Assembly: GCA_027593235.1 (NCBI GenBank) | Contig: JAQCIU010000008.1 | Span: 47,871 to 111,870 of the forward strand | From: Chloroflexota bacterium | GTDB lineage: Bacteria > Chloroflexota > Dehalococcoidia > UBA2979 | Direction: 5' to 3' | Length of the DNA stretch: 64,000 bases | Part shown: positions 38,057 to 47,911 of the stretch, piece after piece | Position numbering within the stretch: position 1 is the first letter of the stretch | Layout of the letters: each line of letters opens with the position of its first letter | Notes under the pieces: model-generated | What the model was told of the DNA's origin: nothing | Database searches by the model: none | Seen by the model: the letters and a program-made list of their open reading frames with translations, nothing else | Made by a program: the position numbers and the translations under genes

Positions 38057-38788
38057 GTGTTACGGATCGCCGTCGTTTCCTCAGACGAATCCATCCTCCG
38101 GTCTCTGCGCGAATTCAACGCGGAGCTGGTGGCTGAACCGTCACGCACCGGACACGACCCCTCGGAGGGAGCCGACCTCGTGCTCCTCGATATTCGCGAA
38201 CCGCGACGGTTGGCCCTGATCCGCGAATACGTGCGACGTGGGCGCCCGGTGCTTGCCATCGGAGGGCGCGAACACCAGCAGGTCCTCCGCTGCCTGGAGG
38301 CAGGTGCGGACGACTGCGTTAGCCCCTCCATCCCGGCCGTGGAACTCGGGGCGCGCATCCGCTCGATCGCGCGCCGCGCCGCGATGCCTTCGAACGGCAC
38401 GCCACCGCCCAGCGTCTTCGACGAGAATCCGCTCCCGGAAACGCCGCGCGCGGACGACCCACTCTCCCTGGACGACTATCGCTTCCACGAGCTGACAATC
38501 CTCACCGGACGGCATGAGGTGTGGCTGGGACAGGACCCGGTGGAGCTGACGCCCACCGAGTTCTCCCTGCTGATCGCCCTCGCCCGGCATCCCAATGAGG
38601 TGGTGTCACACCACCGATTGACCGCCGCGATCTGGGGCGCCGAGGGCATGAGTTCCCGCCGTCATCTGCGGGTCCACGTCCGACACCTGCGCGAGAAGCT
38701 GGAACACCAGCCCGGCTCGCCGGAACTGATCCTCACCGAGAAGGGGCGTGGCTATCGCCTCTGCGTCCGTGAGCTGGAGGCCGCATGA
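38057..38788 (+). CDS. OmpR-family regulator with atypical receiver
   Basis: LTPTEF.LL, IWG, LRVHVRHLREKLE, ILTEKGRGY winged helix. Confidence 0.9.
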   Translation: MLRIAVVSSDESILRSLREFNAELVAEPSRTGHDPSEGADLVLLDIREPRRLALIREYVRRGRPVLAIGGREHQQVLRCLEAGADDCVSPSIPAVELGARIRSIARRAAMPSNGTPPPSVFDENPLPETPRADDPLSLDDYRFHELTILTGRHEVWLGQDPVELTPTEFSLLIALARHPNEVVSHHRLTAAIWGAEGMSSRRHLRVHVRHLREKLEHQPGSPELILTEKGRGYRLCVRELEAA

Positions 38789-39549
38789 GCCGCAACGTTC
38801 TTCTGGTTGAAGCGGATGGTCCCGCTCGCGTCGCCGCTGCCCGGGAACTGGAGTCCAACGACTTCGCGGTCTCCCAGGCCAGCAACGCCCTCGAGGGGTT
38901 GCGAGAGGTCTACGAGCAGCGCCCGGACGCGGTCATCGTCAACCTCGCCATGCCGGAGATGGACGGGGAAGAGTTCACGCGAATCGTCCGCGCACTCGCC
39001 GACGTGCCGATCATCGCGATCGGTCCGGGCGGTGATCCCGGCCTGATCGTGCGCGTCCTCGATGGTGGTGCCGACGACTACCTGGAACAGCCGGTCAGCG
39101 AGATCGAGCTGGTCGGCCGGCTGCGCGCCGCCCTGCGTCGTGTCGCCCGGCAGACGGCCGCCGAACGCGCACCCGTGGTCCGCACCGGCGATTTGGAGAT
39201 CGACCTCGGCGAACGCACCCTCCGCAAGCGCGGCGCCGTGATTCCGTTGACCCCGACCGAATGGGGACTGCTCGCCGCATTGGCTCACCGCGTGGGCCAC
39301 GTCGCGCCGCACCGGTTCCTGCTCAGCACGGTCTGGGGCGACGAGTACGTCGACGACACCCACTACCTGCGGATCTACATCGGCTACCTGCGCAAGAAGA
39401 TCGAAGACAGTGTTGCGGAGCCGCAGTACCTGCTCAGTCAGTGGGGTACCGGCTACCGATTGGCGGACCTGGCGCCCTCGGGTGCCCCGCCGATGCTCGT
39501 CCCGGTCCGCCGCAGTGACGAAGACCCGGGCGAGTTCGCAATCGGCTAG
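38785..39549 (+). CDS. KdpE/OmpR-like regulator with phospho-Asp replaced by Asn
   Basis: PDAVIVNLAMP; LTPTEW.LL; YLRIYIGYLRKKIED; WGTGYR; ATGA-coupled. Confidence 0.92.
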   Translation: MSRNVLLVEADGPARVAAARELESNDFAVSQASNALEGLREVYEQRPDAVIVNLAMPEMDGEEFTRIVRALADVPIIAIGPGGDPGLIVRVLDGGADDYLEQPVSEIELVGRLRAALRRVARQTAAERAPVVRTGDLEIDLGERTLRKRGAVIPLTPTEWGLLAALAHRVGHVAPHRFLLSTVWGDEYVDDTHYLRIYIGYLRKKIEDSVAEPQYLLSQWGTGYRLADLAPSGAPPMLVPVRRSDEDPGEFAIG

Positions 39550-39601
39550 CCGCCGGTTTCGTGCCCGCTACGGGTGACTGGGTCGCCTCGGTCGAACGGA
39601 C

Positions 39602-40333
39602 CTAGGCGCGGACGGCGTCAACCACGACGCGATGGTCGTATTCGCCGGCGGCGGCGTTGAACGTGCCACCGCACGTGAACAGCGTGAGCGTCGATGGTCC
39701 GGAACGTTCTCCGAGGATTTGCGCGAACGGCGTGTCGGCCGCGACGGATCGCAACCCGACGACTCGGTAGGCGATTTCACCCTCGGGCGTGTCGACGTAC
39801 ACGAGGTCGCCCGCGGACAGCTCGTCGAGCCGATCAAAGACGCCACGACTGCCGCTCCAGTTGAGGTGGCCGCCAAGAACAGCGTTCCCAGCAGAACCCG
39901 GCCACGCCGAGAACTCGTACCACCCAACCGCGCTTGCGGTGGTCGGAACAGCGAACCCGCCATTGCCATCGAAGCCCAGCGAGGTGACCCGCGCATCCAC
40001 GGCCAATGCCGGGATCCGCAGTCGGAACTGCTCCGCCGTGGACTGAGTCGGGGCGACTGGTACCGCCCCGGAACCTGCGCCGGCGGGACCGATGCCTTCA
40101 CCCGAGGTACCAGCGACCTCGATGATGCTGGCGCCGGCGCTGCTCGAACCGATCGAGTTGCTTGAGGTACTCGTGCCGGCAGCGATGCTGCCGGTGGCGC
40201 TCTCGCGCAGTCCGAAGGTTGAAGCGAAACTCCCGCGCCCCGGCACACCCGGGACCACGAGGAGGCTGATGATCAGCGCGGCGATCGCCGCGGTGGCAAT
40301 CGAACCGATGGTGTACCAGCGAGGGAGGAACAT
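39602..40333 (-). CDS. Class F sortase
   Basis: LRIPALAVDA, VGWY, GNAVLGGH, LTLFTCGG, HRVVV. Confidence 0.92.
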   Translation of the reverse strand: MFLPRWYTIGSIATAAIAALIISLLVVPGVPGRGSFASTFGLRESATGSIAAGTSTSSNSIGSSSAGASIIEVAGTSGEGIGPAGAGSGAVPVAPTQSTAEQFRLRIPALAVDARVTSLGFDGNGGFAVPTTASAVGWYEFSAWPGSAGNAVLGGHLNWSGSRGVFDRLDELSAGDLVYVDTPEGEIAYRVVGLRSVAADTPFAQILGERSGPSTLTLFTCGGTFNAAAGEYDHRVVVDAVRA

Positions 40334-40411
40334 CGAACTCTCCTCGACAGACTCAGTGAAGCGCCGGATGACCGGCGTGGGGCGGGTGCCCCACGCCGGT
40401 CTTGCGCGGTC

Positions 40412-41122
40412 CTAGGAGCGCGCGCCGGTGCGCAGTCGCGCTGCCCCGGCAACCGTCACGAGGACAGTCGCACCGAGCAGAACGAGCAGCTGGATGGAGG
40501 CAGCGCTACCACTGGTGACGCTTCCGTCGCCGGTGTCGGGCATGCCGCCAGCAATCGCAATGATGTCAACGTCGGCCAACGCTGGGCCAGCCGCAATCGC
40601 CGTCTCGGCGCCAGCGCCGTCCGGGTCAGAGCTGAGCGAGGCCGCCGTCGTCTAGGCATCCGCCGTCTTCAGCGCTTCGAACGTCAGTTCGAAGGAGAAG
40701 TCGATGGAAACCATCCCGAAGGCACAGTCGATGACGCCAGCACCAGTCAGCGAGCACTGGCTCAGGCTGATGCCATTCCACGAAGCACCCAGGTACTTCA
40801 GCTCACTGTCGTCGAACGTGTACTCGACGTCAGCGGTGTTTGCCGCCGGCACGTCAAGGGCCACGTCGACGCGGAAGCTGACCGTCTCACCAACGCGGGC
40901 CGGGTTCGGCGACGCGAGAGTGTTGTCAATCCCAACCGTCGAAGGCAGAACCTCAACCGTCGGGGCCGGGGTCGGCTCGACCGTCGGGGCCGGCGTCGGG
41001 TCAATCGGAGCCGCGAGGAACAGGGCGTAGCACGTCTTGTTCGCGTCCATCAGCACCGCGACGGTGTTACTGAATCCACCGCAGTCGCCACTCCAACCAC
41101 CGAAGGTTGAACCAGTCGAGGG
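40412..41122 (-). pseudogene. 5'-truncated sortase-substrate surface protein with internal amber stop
   Basis: Partial InlB-B/Flg_new-like repeat (STFGGWSGDC..V.MDANKTC.A.F), PT linker, DUF11-like domain, TAG at 40654-40652, then in frame MPDTGDG + TM + RLRTGARS*. Confidence 0.8.
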
Positions 41123-42713
41123 CTATACCGCCGCCGGACCAAGCAGCGATCCCGCGCCTGTCCTCGACGCCTACCTCCGAGGCGGGTTGCCAGCCCTCGC
41201 GGCGCTTGACGGCACCGCGGCCGTCGCGCTCTGGGACGCACGCCGCCAGGATCTGTTGCTGTTCCGCGATCGAGACGGCCTCGAGCCGCTCTTCCTCGTT
41301 GCCGCGCCGGACGCGCTCTTCTGGGCGACCGATCTGCCCTCCCTCATTCCCTTCCTCGACGACCGCGAGATCGACCGCACCGCGCTCGACTTCCTGCTCG
41401 CCGAGGGCTACATCCCCTCACCGATGACAATCGTGCACGGCATTTCGCGACTCGCGGCGGGAGAGCTGTTGGTCGCCACAACACCCGCCCGACATCGCCT
41501 CCAGACCTACGCCAGGCTGAGCGGGCGCCCCAAGGTGCAACTGGACAAGGCGGCGCGGACGAACCGCTTCGCCGAACTGCTCGAAGGGTCATTGCGCCGC
41601 CGCACCAGTTCCGACCAGTCGCCGGGCGTGCTGGTATCTGGCGGCGTCGATTCAACGCTGATCCTCGCGATGCTCGCGCGCGTCGTCGGTGTGTCGCCGC
41701 GCGCGTACACATTCCGGTACGAGGACTACTCCGGCTGGAAGAACGAGGGCCGCGAAGCCCGCCGCGCCGCCAGCTCTCTGGGCGTCCCGCACGAGGAGGT
41801 CTCGATCTCCCCGGCGGACATCCGCGAGCGCGCTCCTGAGCTGGTGCGCCAGTACGGCGAGCCGTTCACCTATGGGCTGCATAGCTACCAGCTCGGGCCG
41901 ATCGCCGCCTCAGGCGTGGAGGTCCTGTTCTCCGGCCAGGGGCGTGACTACCTGATGTCGAGCACCCAGCGCGTGCAAGCCGGCTATGGGGCGTTGCCGG
42001 CCGCGGTCCGGCAGGCGCTCGACATCCTGCCCGCCCTCGCCGCACCGGTCCCGGCTGTCGCGCGTCGGCTGAGCGCGATGTTCGACGCGGCGCCCAGCTG
42101 GGGCGCCCGCATATACGCCGAAGGCCGCACACCAGCCGCGATCCGGGCATCGCTGTACGCGGGGGATCACCTGGAGGGGTATCGCCGTAGCTCGATCGAC
42201 CTCCTCGACGAGGTCTCCGCATTGTTCGAGGGCGAAGCCCCCCTGGAGCGGTTGCTCCTACCGATCCAGCGGTTGATGGACAGCGATTTCTACGTCCAGT
42301 GGAACTACCGGTGGGGCGATGCGCACGACCTGGCGGTGCGCCAACCGTTCCGCGATCGTCGGATGCTCAACTTCCTCTTCACACTGAAAGGAATCGAACT
42401 CGACAAGCAAGAACAGCGCCGCTATGCGGCGACCCTGCTGCCACACGATCTGGCGTTCGCGCCGAAAACGCACCAGGCACTACCGCTCCAGGAGTGGCTA
42501 CGCGACGGCGGGGCGCTGCTCCCGTACGCGCGCGAGCAGCTCAGCGACGAGCGTGTACGCGCCAGCGGGCTGTTCACCCCCGACGGCGTGCGCCGATTGT
42601 TGGACAATCACGCCGCCGGGCGGATCAACCAGGAGTGGACGATCTGGGGCCTGATCACCACGTTGCTCTGGCAAGAGCACGTCCTTGCTGCCGCCCCGAC
42701 CATCGAGGCGTAG
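41123..42713 (+). pseudogene. 5'-truncated asparagine synthase-like amidotransferase
   Basis: Starts mid-GATase domain (..LDG.AAVALWD..LLLFRDRDGLEPL); SGGVDS retained; no MCG N-terminus. Confidence 0.7.
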
Positions 42714-42748
42714 CGCCCCGTCGTCGCCGGCTCGACTGACTCCGAGGG

Positions 42749-44716
42749 TCAGGCGGCGCTATGCGCCTCGCGCCAGCCGCCGTCCAGGAACAGCTGCGCC
42801 CACTGCTCGAACGCGATCACCACCCACAGCGGGTCACCGTTCGACACCTCGCCGCGCATCGCCGACTGCCACCAGCGATCGACCGTCTCCGAGCGAACGA
42901 CCCCACGCTTGCGGATGCCCGGAAGCAATCGCTCCTCGATCAGCGTCCGCAGCGGACGGTGCGCGTAGTACTCGATCAGCGGCAGATCGAAACCCTGCTT
43001 CGGCCGGTACGCGAACTCGTCGCCGAAGTGATGCGCCGCCAGCTCCTTCAGGACCAGCTTGGTGCTGCGCATCATCAGTTCGCTGCGTCTCCTGACCAGG
43101 CGCGGGTCGAGCGCCGAACGCAATAGATGATCGGTGGGAAGCGTCGCCACCCGCTCCAGCAATTGGTGATCCAGGAACGGGACGCGATTCTCCACCGCAT
43201 GCGCCATCGTCATCCGGTCTTGCCGCATCAACAGATCGACCAGGTAGGTGCGCAGCTCGTAGTTCAGCCAGTCCCGGCGGTGATCGCCGGAACCCTCCCC
43301 GTACATCAGGCGACGGTGGCCGGTCACCGATTCCAACGTGGCGTCAGGACGAAGGTCGCGCACCCCGTCCAAAGGCAGGAACGCGGAGCTCGTCACCACG
43401 CGCCCAATGTCGTCGCCCGCCCCGAAGCTCGTGCCCCGGAGATTCCCAAAGCGGTGGCGCAGACCCGGCAGGCGCGCGCTGACGGGAAGGAGCCAGCGCA
43501 ACTGCTCGCGCATCAATGCATAAAAGAAGCGGTTGTACCCGCCGAACGCCTCGTCGGCGCCCTCGCCGCTCAGCAGCACCGTGACATCCGGTTTCGCGCG
43601 TTCCGCGATCCGCAGGATGCCCAGTGAGTTCGGAAGATTCAGCGGCTGGTCCATATGCCACGCCGCACGAGGGAAGGCGCCCGCGAAGTAGTCCGCGTCC
43701 ATCGTCGCCTTGTGCACCTCGACGCCGGCCTTCGTCGTTGCCTCGTCGATCCAGCGTTCCTCGGAGAATCGTGGGTCGTCGAACACGATCGAGTACGCAT
43801 CCAGGCGGCTGCCCGCCGACTCCGAGGCGTAGAGATTCACCAACGAGGAGTCGACCCCGCCGGAGAGCTGGCAGCCAACCGTCACATCGCTCAGCAGACG
43901 CGCCTGGACCGCCCAACGCAGCTCCAGTTCCACCGTCTCCAGACTCTCGTCCAGCGAGCCGCCGCTGTCGTCGCTGCCCGTGGGGAGCGACCAGTAACGG
44001 CTGATGCGGGTGCCCGCAGGCGTCACCCGCATCCAATGCCCGGGCTCCAGGTCGTGCACGTCCTGAAAGAGCGATCGCCCACCGGCCACGTACCGGAACG
44101 CGAAAAACTCATCGAGGACCGCCTCGTTCAGCCGCGGATCGAAGTCCGGGTGCGCGAGGAACGACTTGATTTCGGACCCAAAGAGAAAGGTGTCGCCGTT
44201 TCGGTACCAGTAGAAGGGCTTGATCCCGACCCGGTCCCGCCCGAGGTAGATCGCCTGTTCGCGCAGATCGACGATGCAGATCGCGAACATCCCGTTCGTT
44301 CGCGCGAGCATCCCTTCGAAGCCGTAGTGCTGATAGAGGTAAAGCAACACCTCGGTGTCGCTCCGGCTGTGGAACTGAAAGCCCGCGGCCTCCAGTTCGC
44401 TGGTGTAGTCGAAGGCGTTGTACACCTCGCCGTTGAACGCGATGAACACCTGGCCATCCGCCGAGGACATTGGCTGATGCCCCTCCAGCGACAGGTCCAT
44501 GATGCTGAGCCGGTTGAACGCGACGCCGCCCTCAAACAGGCCGTCCGCCGGTGGCGCACCATCGCGCGACTCCACGCTCCGCTGATCGCGCAGGCTGAAG
44601 AGGCGCATACCGTGATCGTCCGGACCACGGTGCGCCTGTAGTTCACGCATCGCCCGCAGCACATCGCGCTCAACCGGTGCGCCGTCGAAGTGGTAGATAC
44701 CAGTCAGTCCACACAT
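42749..44716 (-). CDS. asnB: Asparagine synthase (glutamine-hydrolysing) family amidotransferase
   Basis: MCGLTG, HRGPD, RLSIMDL..GHQPM, NGEVYN, LSGGVDS, SGEGADE.FGGY, RVPFLD. Confidence 0.93.
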   Translation of the reverse strand: MCGLTGIYHFDGAPVERDVLRAMRELQAHRGPDDHGMRLFSLRDQRSVESRDGAPPADGLFEGGVAFNRLSIMDLSLEGHQPMSSADGQVFIAFNGEVYNAFDYTSELEAAGFQFHSRSDTEVLLYLYQHYGFEGMLARTNGMFAICIVDLREQAIYLGRDRVGIKPFYWYRNGDTFLFGSEIKSFLAHPDFDPRLNEAVLDEFFAFRYVAGGRSLFQDVHDLEPGHWMRVTPAGTRISRYWSLPTGSDDSGGSLDESLETVELELRWAVQARLLSDVTVGCQLSGGVDSSLVNLYASESAGSRLDAYSIVFDDPRFSEERWIDEATTKAGVEVHKATMDADYFAGAFPRAAWHMDQPLNLPNSLGILRIAERAKPDVTVLLSGEGADEAFGGYNRFFYALMREQLRWLLPVSARLPGLRHRFGNLRGTSFGAGDDIGRVVTSSAFLPLDGVRDLRPDATLESVTGHRRLMYGEGSGDHRRDWLNYELRTYLVDLLMRQDRMTMAHAVENRVPFLDHQLLERVATLPTDHLLRSALDPRLVRRRSELMMRSTKLVLKELAAHHFGDEFAYRPKQGFDLPLIEYYAHRPLRTLIEERLLPGIRKRGVVRSETVDRWWQSAMRGEVSNGDPLWVVIAFEQWAQLFLDGGWREAHSAA

Positions 44717-44907
44717 GACGGCGACGATCCTCGAGGTGACTCGAACACGGGTGGGCGCGCGGCAGACGGCGGCGGCGGTGAGCCTACCGAGATCATCGGA
44801 TCCCGCCCCATTCTCGCAAGTCACGACCCCGCATGGAGAAATGTGGCGCTTCAGGTCGCACGAGAGCGCCGCGTCCGCCACACTCTGGACGGCGAAGGGA
44901 GCACCGC

Positions 44908-46323
44908 GTGCCCACGTTGCAGGATGTCCGTCAGCTCATCGAGGCACGAGGGCTGCGTCGCGTCGACCTCAAGGTCAGCGATCTCTTCGGCGCCTGGCAT
45001 AGCTTCGCGATCCCGCCTGATCACCTGAACGACGCCTTCGTCGAAAACGGCCTGGGCGTCGATGGCTCGAGCCTGCGTGGCTTCCAGCCGATCCACGAGT
45101 CCGACATGCTGTTGATGCCGGATCTGGACAGCGCCGCCGTCGATCCGGTCCCCGGCACCCCGACCCTCAGCCTGCTCTGCGACGTCGTCGATCCCGTCAC
45201 GCGCGAACGCTTCTCGCGCGATCCGCGATTCGTCGCCTCCAAGGCGGAGGAGTACCTCCGTGCCTCCGGCGTCGCTGACGAGGCCCACTTCGGCCCCGAG
45301 CTGGAGTTCTTCATCTTCGATGACGTCCGCTACCAGCAGGACGGCAACACCGCCTTCTACTTCGTCGACTCCGCCGAGGGCCACTGGAACGCCGGCCGCG
45401 ATGAGGCCCCGAACCAGGGCTACAAGCTCCGCCAACAGGGCGGCTACGCCGCCGCGCCGCCCGCCGATCAGACCTCCGACATCCGCTGGTTCATCGCGGA
45501 ACAGCTCCGCTCCGTCGGCATCGAGGTCGAATTCGATCACCACGAGGTCGCCTCGGGCGGCCAGGGCGAAATCGGCATTCGCCACGCCCCGCTGCTCGCG
45601 ATGGCCGATCGCGTCCAGTGGTACAAGTACCTCGTCCGCAACGCCGCCCGCGCGCACGGTCGCGTCGCCACCTTCATGCCGAAGCCAATGCACGGCGACA
45701 ACGGCAGCGGCATGCACACCCACCAATCGCTCTGGCGCCGCGAGAACGCCCTCTTCTACGACTCCAACGGCTACGGCGGGCTCTCTCAGCTCGCCCGCAG
45801 CTACATGGGCGGGCTGCTCCACCACGCGCCAGCCCTGCTCGCGCTCACCAGCCCCACCACCAACTCCTACCGCCGCCTGGTCCCGGGCTTCGAGGCGCCG
45901 GTCCACCTCGTCTACTCCATGCGCAACCGCTCGGCCGCGATCCGCGTGCCCGTCTACTCCGTGTCGCCCGCTACCAAACGCATCGAGTTCCGCCCGCCGG
46001 ACGGCACCGCGAACCCGTACCTGGCATTCGCGGCCATGCTGATGGCCGGCCTCGATGGCATCCAACGCCAGCTCGACCCCGGCGATCCGCTCGACCGCAA
46101 TCTCTTCGAGCTTGATGCCCAGGAGAGCGCCCAGCTCCGCACCGTCCCGTCGACCCTCGAGGACGCGCTCGACGCGCTCGAGGCCGATCACGAGTTCCTG
46201 CTGCAGGGCGACGTCTTCACCCTGGACGTCCTGGAGCACTGGATCGCCGCGAAACGCACCGAGGTCGCGGAGGCCCGCACCCGGCCCACGCCCTACGAGT
46301 ACCTCCAGTACTTCAACGCGTAG
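44908..46323 (+). CDS. glnA: Glutamine synthetase type I (beta-like)
   Basis: DGSSLRGFQ.IHESDM, GPELEFF, HHEVA, FMPKP..GDNGSGMHTH, NRSAAIRVP, RIEFRPPD. Confidence 0.96.
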   Translation: MPTLQDVRQLIEARGLRRVDLKVSDLFGAWHSFAIPPDHLNDAFVENGLGVDGSSLRGFQPIHESDMLLMPDLDSAAVDPVPGTPTLSLLCDVVDPVTRERFSRDPRFVASKAEEYLRASGVADEAHFGPELEFFIFDDVRYQQDGNTAFYFVDSAEGHWNAGRDEAPNQGYKLRQQGGYAAAPPADQTSDIRWFIAEQLRSVGIEVEFDHHEVASGGQGEIGIRHAPLLAMADRVQWYKYLVRNAARAHGRVATFMPKPMHGDNGSGMHTHQSLWRRENALFYDSNGYGGLSQLARSYMGGLLHHAPALLALTSPTTNSYRRLVPGFEAPVHLVYSMRNRSAAIRVPVYSVSPATKRIEFRPPDGTANPYLAFAAMLMAGLDGIQRQLDPGDPLDRNLFELDAQESAQLRTVPSTLEDALDALEADHEFLLQGDVFTLDVLEHWIAAKRTEVAEARTRPTPYEYLQYFNA

Positions 46324-46460
46324 CGTCAGGCCCGCTGGCGCGCCCGCACACCCGGACGCCGATAACGTTCGCACCCCAACGAGCCTGATCCTGCCGAAGT
46401 CGCCGTGTTTTGCCCGTTCCGGAAACCTCCGTGAAACATGACGCTGACTACCATGGGGAC

Positions 46461-47792
46461 ATGGTGAACGACGGCACGAAGCAACACGTGATCCAGTCCT
46501 GCCGCGATCACGACGTGAAGTTCATCCGCCTCTGGTTCACGGACATCCTCGGGATGCTCAAGTCGGTGGCGATCACCATCGAGGAACTCGAGCACGCGCT
46601 CAGCGACGGCGTCTCCTTCGATGGTTCCGCCATCGAGGGCTTCGCACGCCACGACGAGACGGACATGGTGGCGGTACCGGACACCTCCACCTTCCAAATC
46701 CTCCCCTGGCGTCCGCGCGAGCAGGCAGTCGCCCGCATGTTCTGCGACCTCCAGGTGCCCGGCGGCGATCCGTTCGTCGGCGATCCGCGCCACGTCCTCA
46801 AGCGCGTGCTCGCACGTGCCGCGGCCGCTGGCTACACCTTCTACATCTCCCCGGAGATCGAGTTCTTCTACTTCAAGGATTCGAAGAGCACGGAACCGCT
46901 CGACAGCGGCGGCTACTTCGATCTCACGCCGCTCGACGGCGGTTCGGATCTCCGACGCGAAACCGTGCTCGCCCTCGAACAGATGGGCATCGGCGTCGCG
47001 CTCAGCCATCACGAGGCGGCGCCCAGCCAGCACGAGATGGATCTCCGCTACACCGACGCGCTCACCATGGCCGACGCCGTGATGACGTACCGCCTCCTCG
47101 TCAAAGAGGTCGCCATGCGTCACGGCGTCTACGCCACCTTCATGCCAAAGCCGCTCGCCAACGAGAACGGCTCGGGCATGCACCTCCAGCTCTCCCTCTT
47201 CCGAGGCGAAGCCAACGCGTTCTACGACGAAACAGATCCACTGAAGATCTCCCCGATCGCTCGCCACTACATCGCCGGGCTGCTCTCACATGCCCCGGAG
47301 CTGATGCTCCTCACCAACCAGTGGGTCAACTCCTACAAACGACTGGTGCCCGGCACCGAGGCCCCGCTGTACGCGACCTGGTCGCCGAAGAGCCACTCGG
47401 ACCTCGTGCGTGTGCCCGAGTACAAGCCGGGCCTCGAGGTCTCCACGCGTATCGAGTACCGCGTGCCGGACGCCGCCTGTAACCCGTACCTCGCGTTCGC
47501 GGGCGTGCTTGCCGCCGGCCTGCGCGGCATCGAGGAAGGGCTACCGCTGCCCGCCCCCGTCACGGCCGCCACCGACGAACTCACCCGTGCGGAGATCGCC
47601 GCGCGTGGCCTCCAGGCGCTGCCCGGATCCCTCGGCGAAGCGATCGAACGCTTCGAGGGCTCCTCGTTCCTCCGCGAGAACCTCGGCGACCACGTCTTCG
47701 AGACCATCGTCGCGAACAAGAAGATCGAGTGGTCCGAGTACCGTTCGCAGGTCACACCCTTCGAACTCGACCGCTACCTCCCCCGCCTCTAG
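46461..47792 (+). CDS. Glutamine synthetase family protein (type I-alpha-like, divergent active site)
   Basis: FDGSAIEGF, SHHEAAPSQHE, FMPKP..NGSGMH, SYKRLVPG.EAP, RIEYRVPD. Confidence 0.9.
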   Translation: MVNDGTKQHVIQSCRDHDVKFIRLWFTDILGMLKSVAITIEELEHALSDGVSFDGSAIEGFARHDETDMVAVPDTSTFQILPWRPREQAVARMFCDLQVPGGDPFVGDPRHVLKRVLARAAAAGYTFYISPEIEFFYFKDSKSTEPLDSGGYFDLTPLDGGSDLRRETVLALEQMGIGVALSHHEAAPSQHEMDLRYTDALTMADAVMTYRLLVKEVAMRHGVYATFMPKPLANENGSGMHLQLSLFRGEANAFYDETDPLKISPIARHYIAGLLSHAPELMLLTNQWVNSYKRLVPGTEAPLYATWSPKSHSDLVRVPEYKPGLEVSTRIEYRVPDAACNPYLAFAGVLAAGLRGIEEGLPLPAPVTAATDELTRAEIAARGLQALPGSLGEAIERFEGSSFLRENLGDHVFETIVANKKIEWSEYRSQVTPFELDRYLPRL

Positions 47793-47911
47793 CCCCTTCG
47801 CCACCGCTCCGCGTTGAGCCGCCACCGTGCCGCGCCCTTCGGGTATATTTCGGACGGCGCCGCAGCATCTATCGCGCGGCAGCCGAACGATTCATGCGGC
47901 GAGGGGGCATT

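Noticed and set aside
40652-40654. Pyrrolysine or programmed amber readthrough
   Set aside because: No pyl genes seen, other genes use TAG as a normal stop, and the gene is also 5'-truncated.
41123-44716. Lasso-peptide cyclase cluster
   Set aside because: No precursor, B1/PqqD or B2 peptidase nearby; the intact gene is an ordinary MCG-type AsnB amidotransferase.
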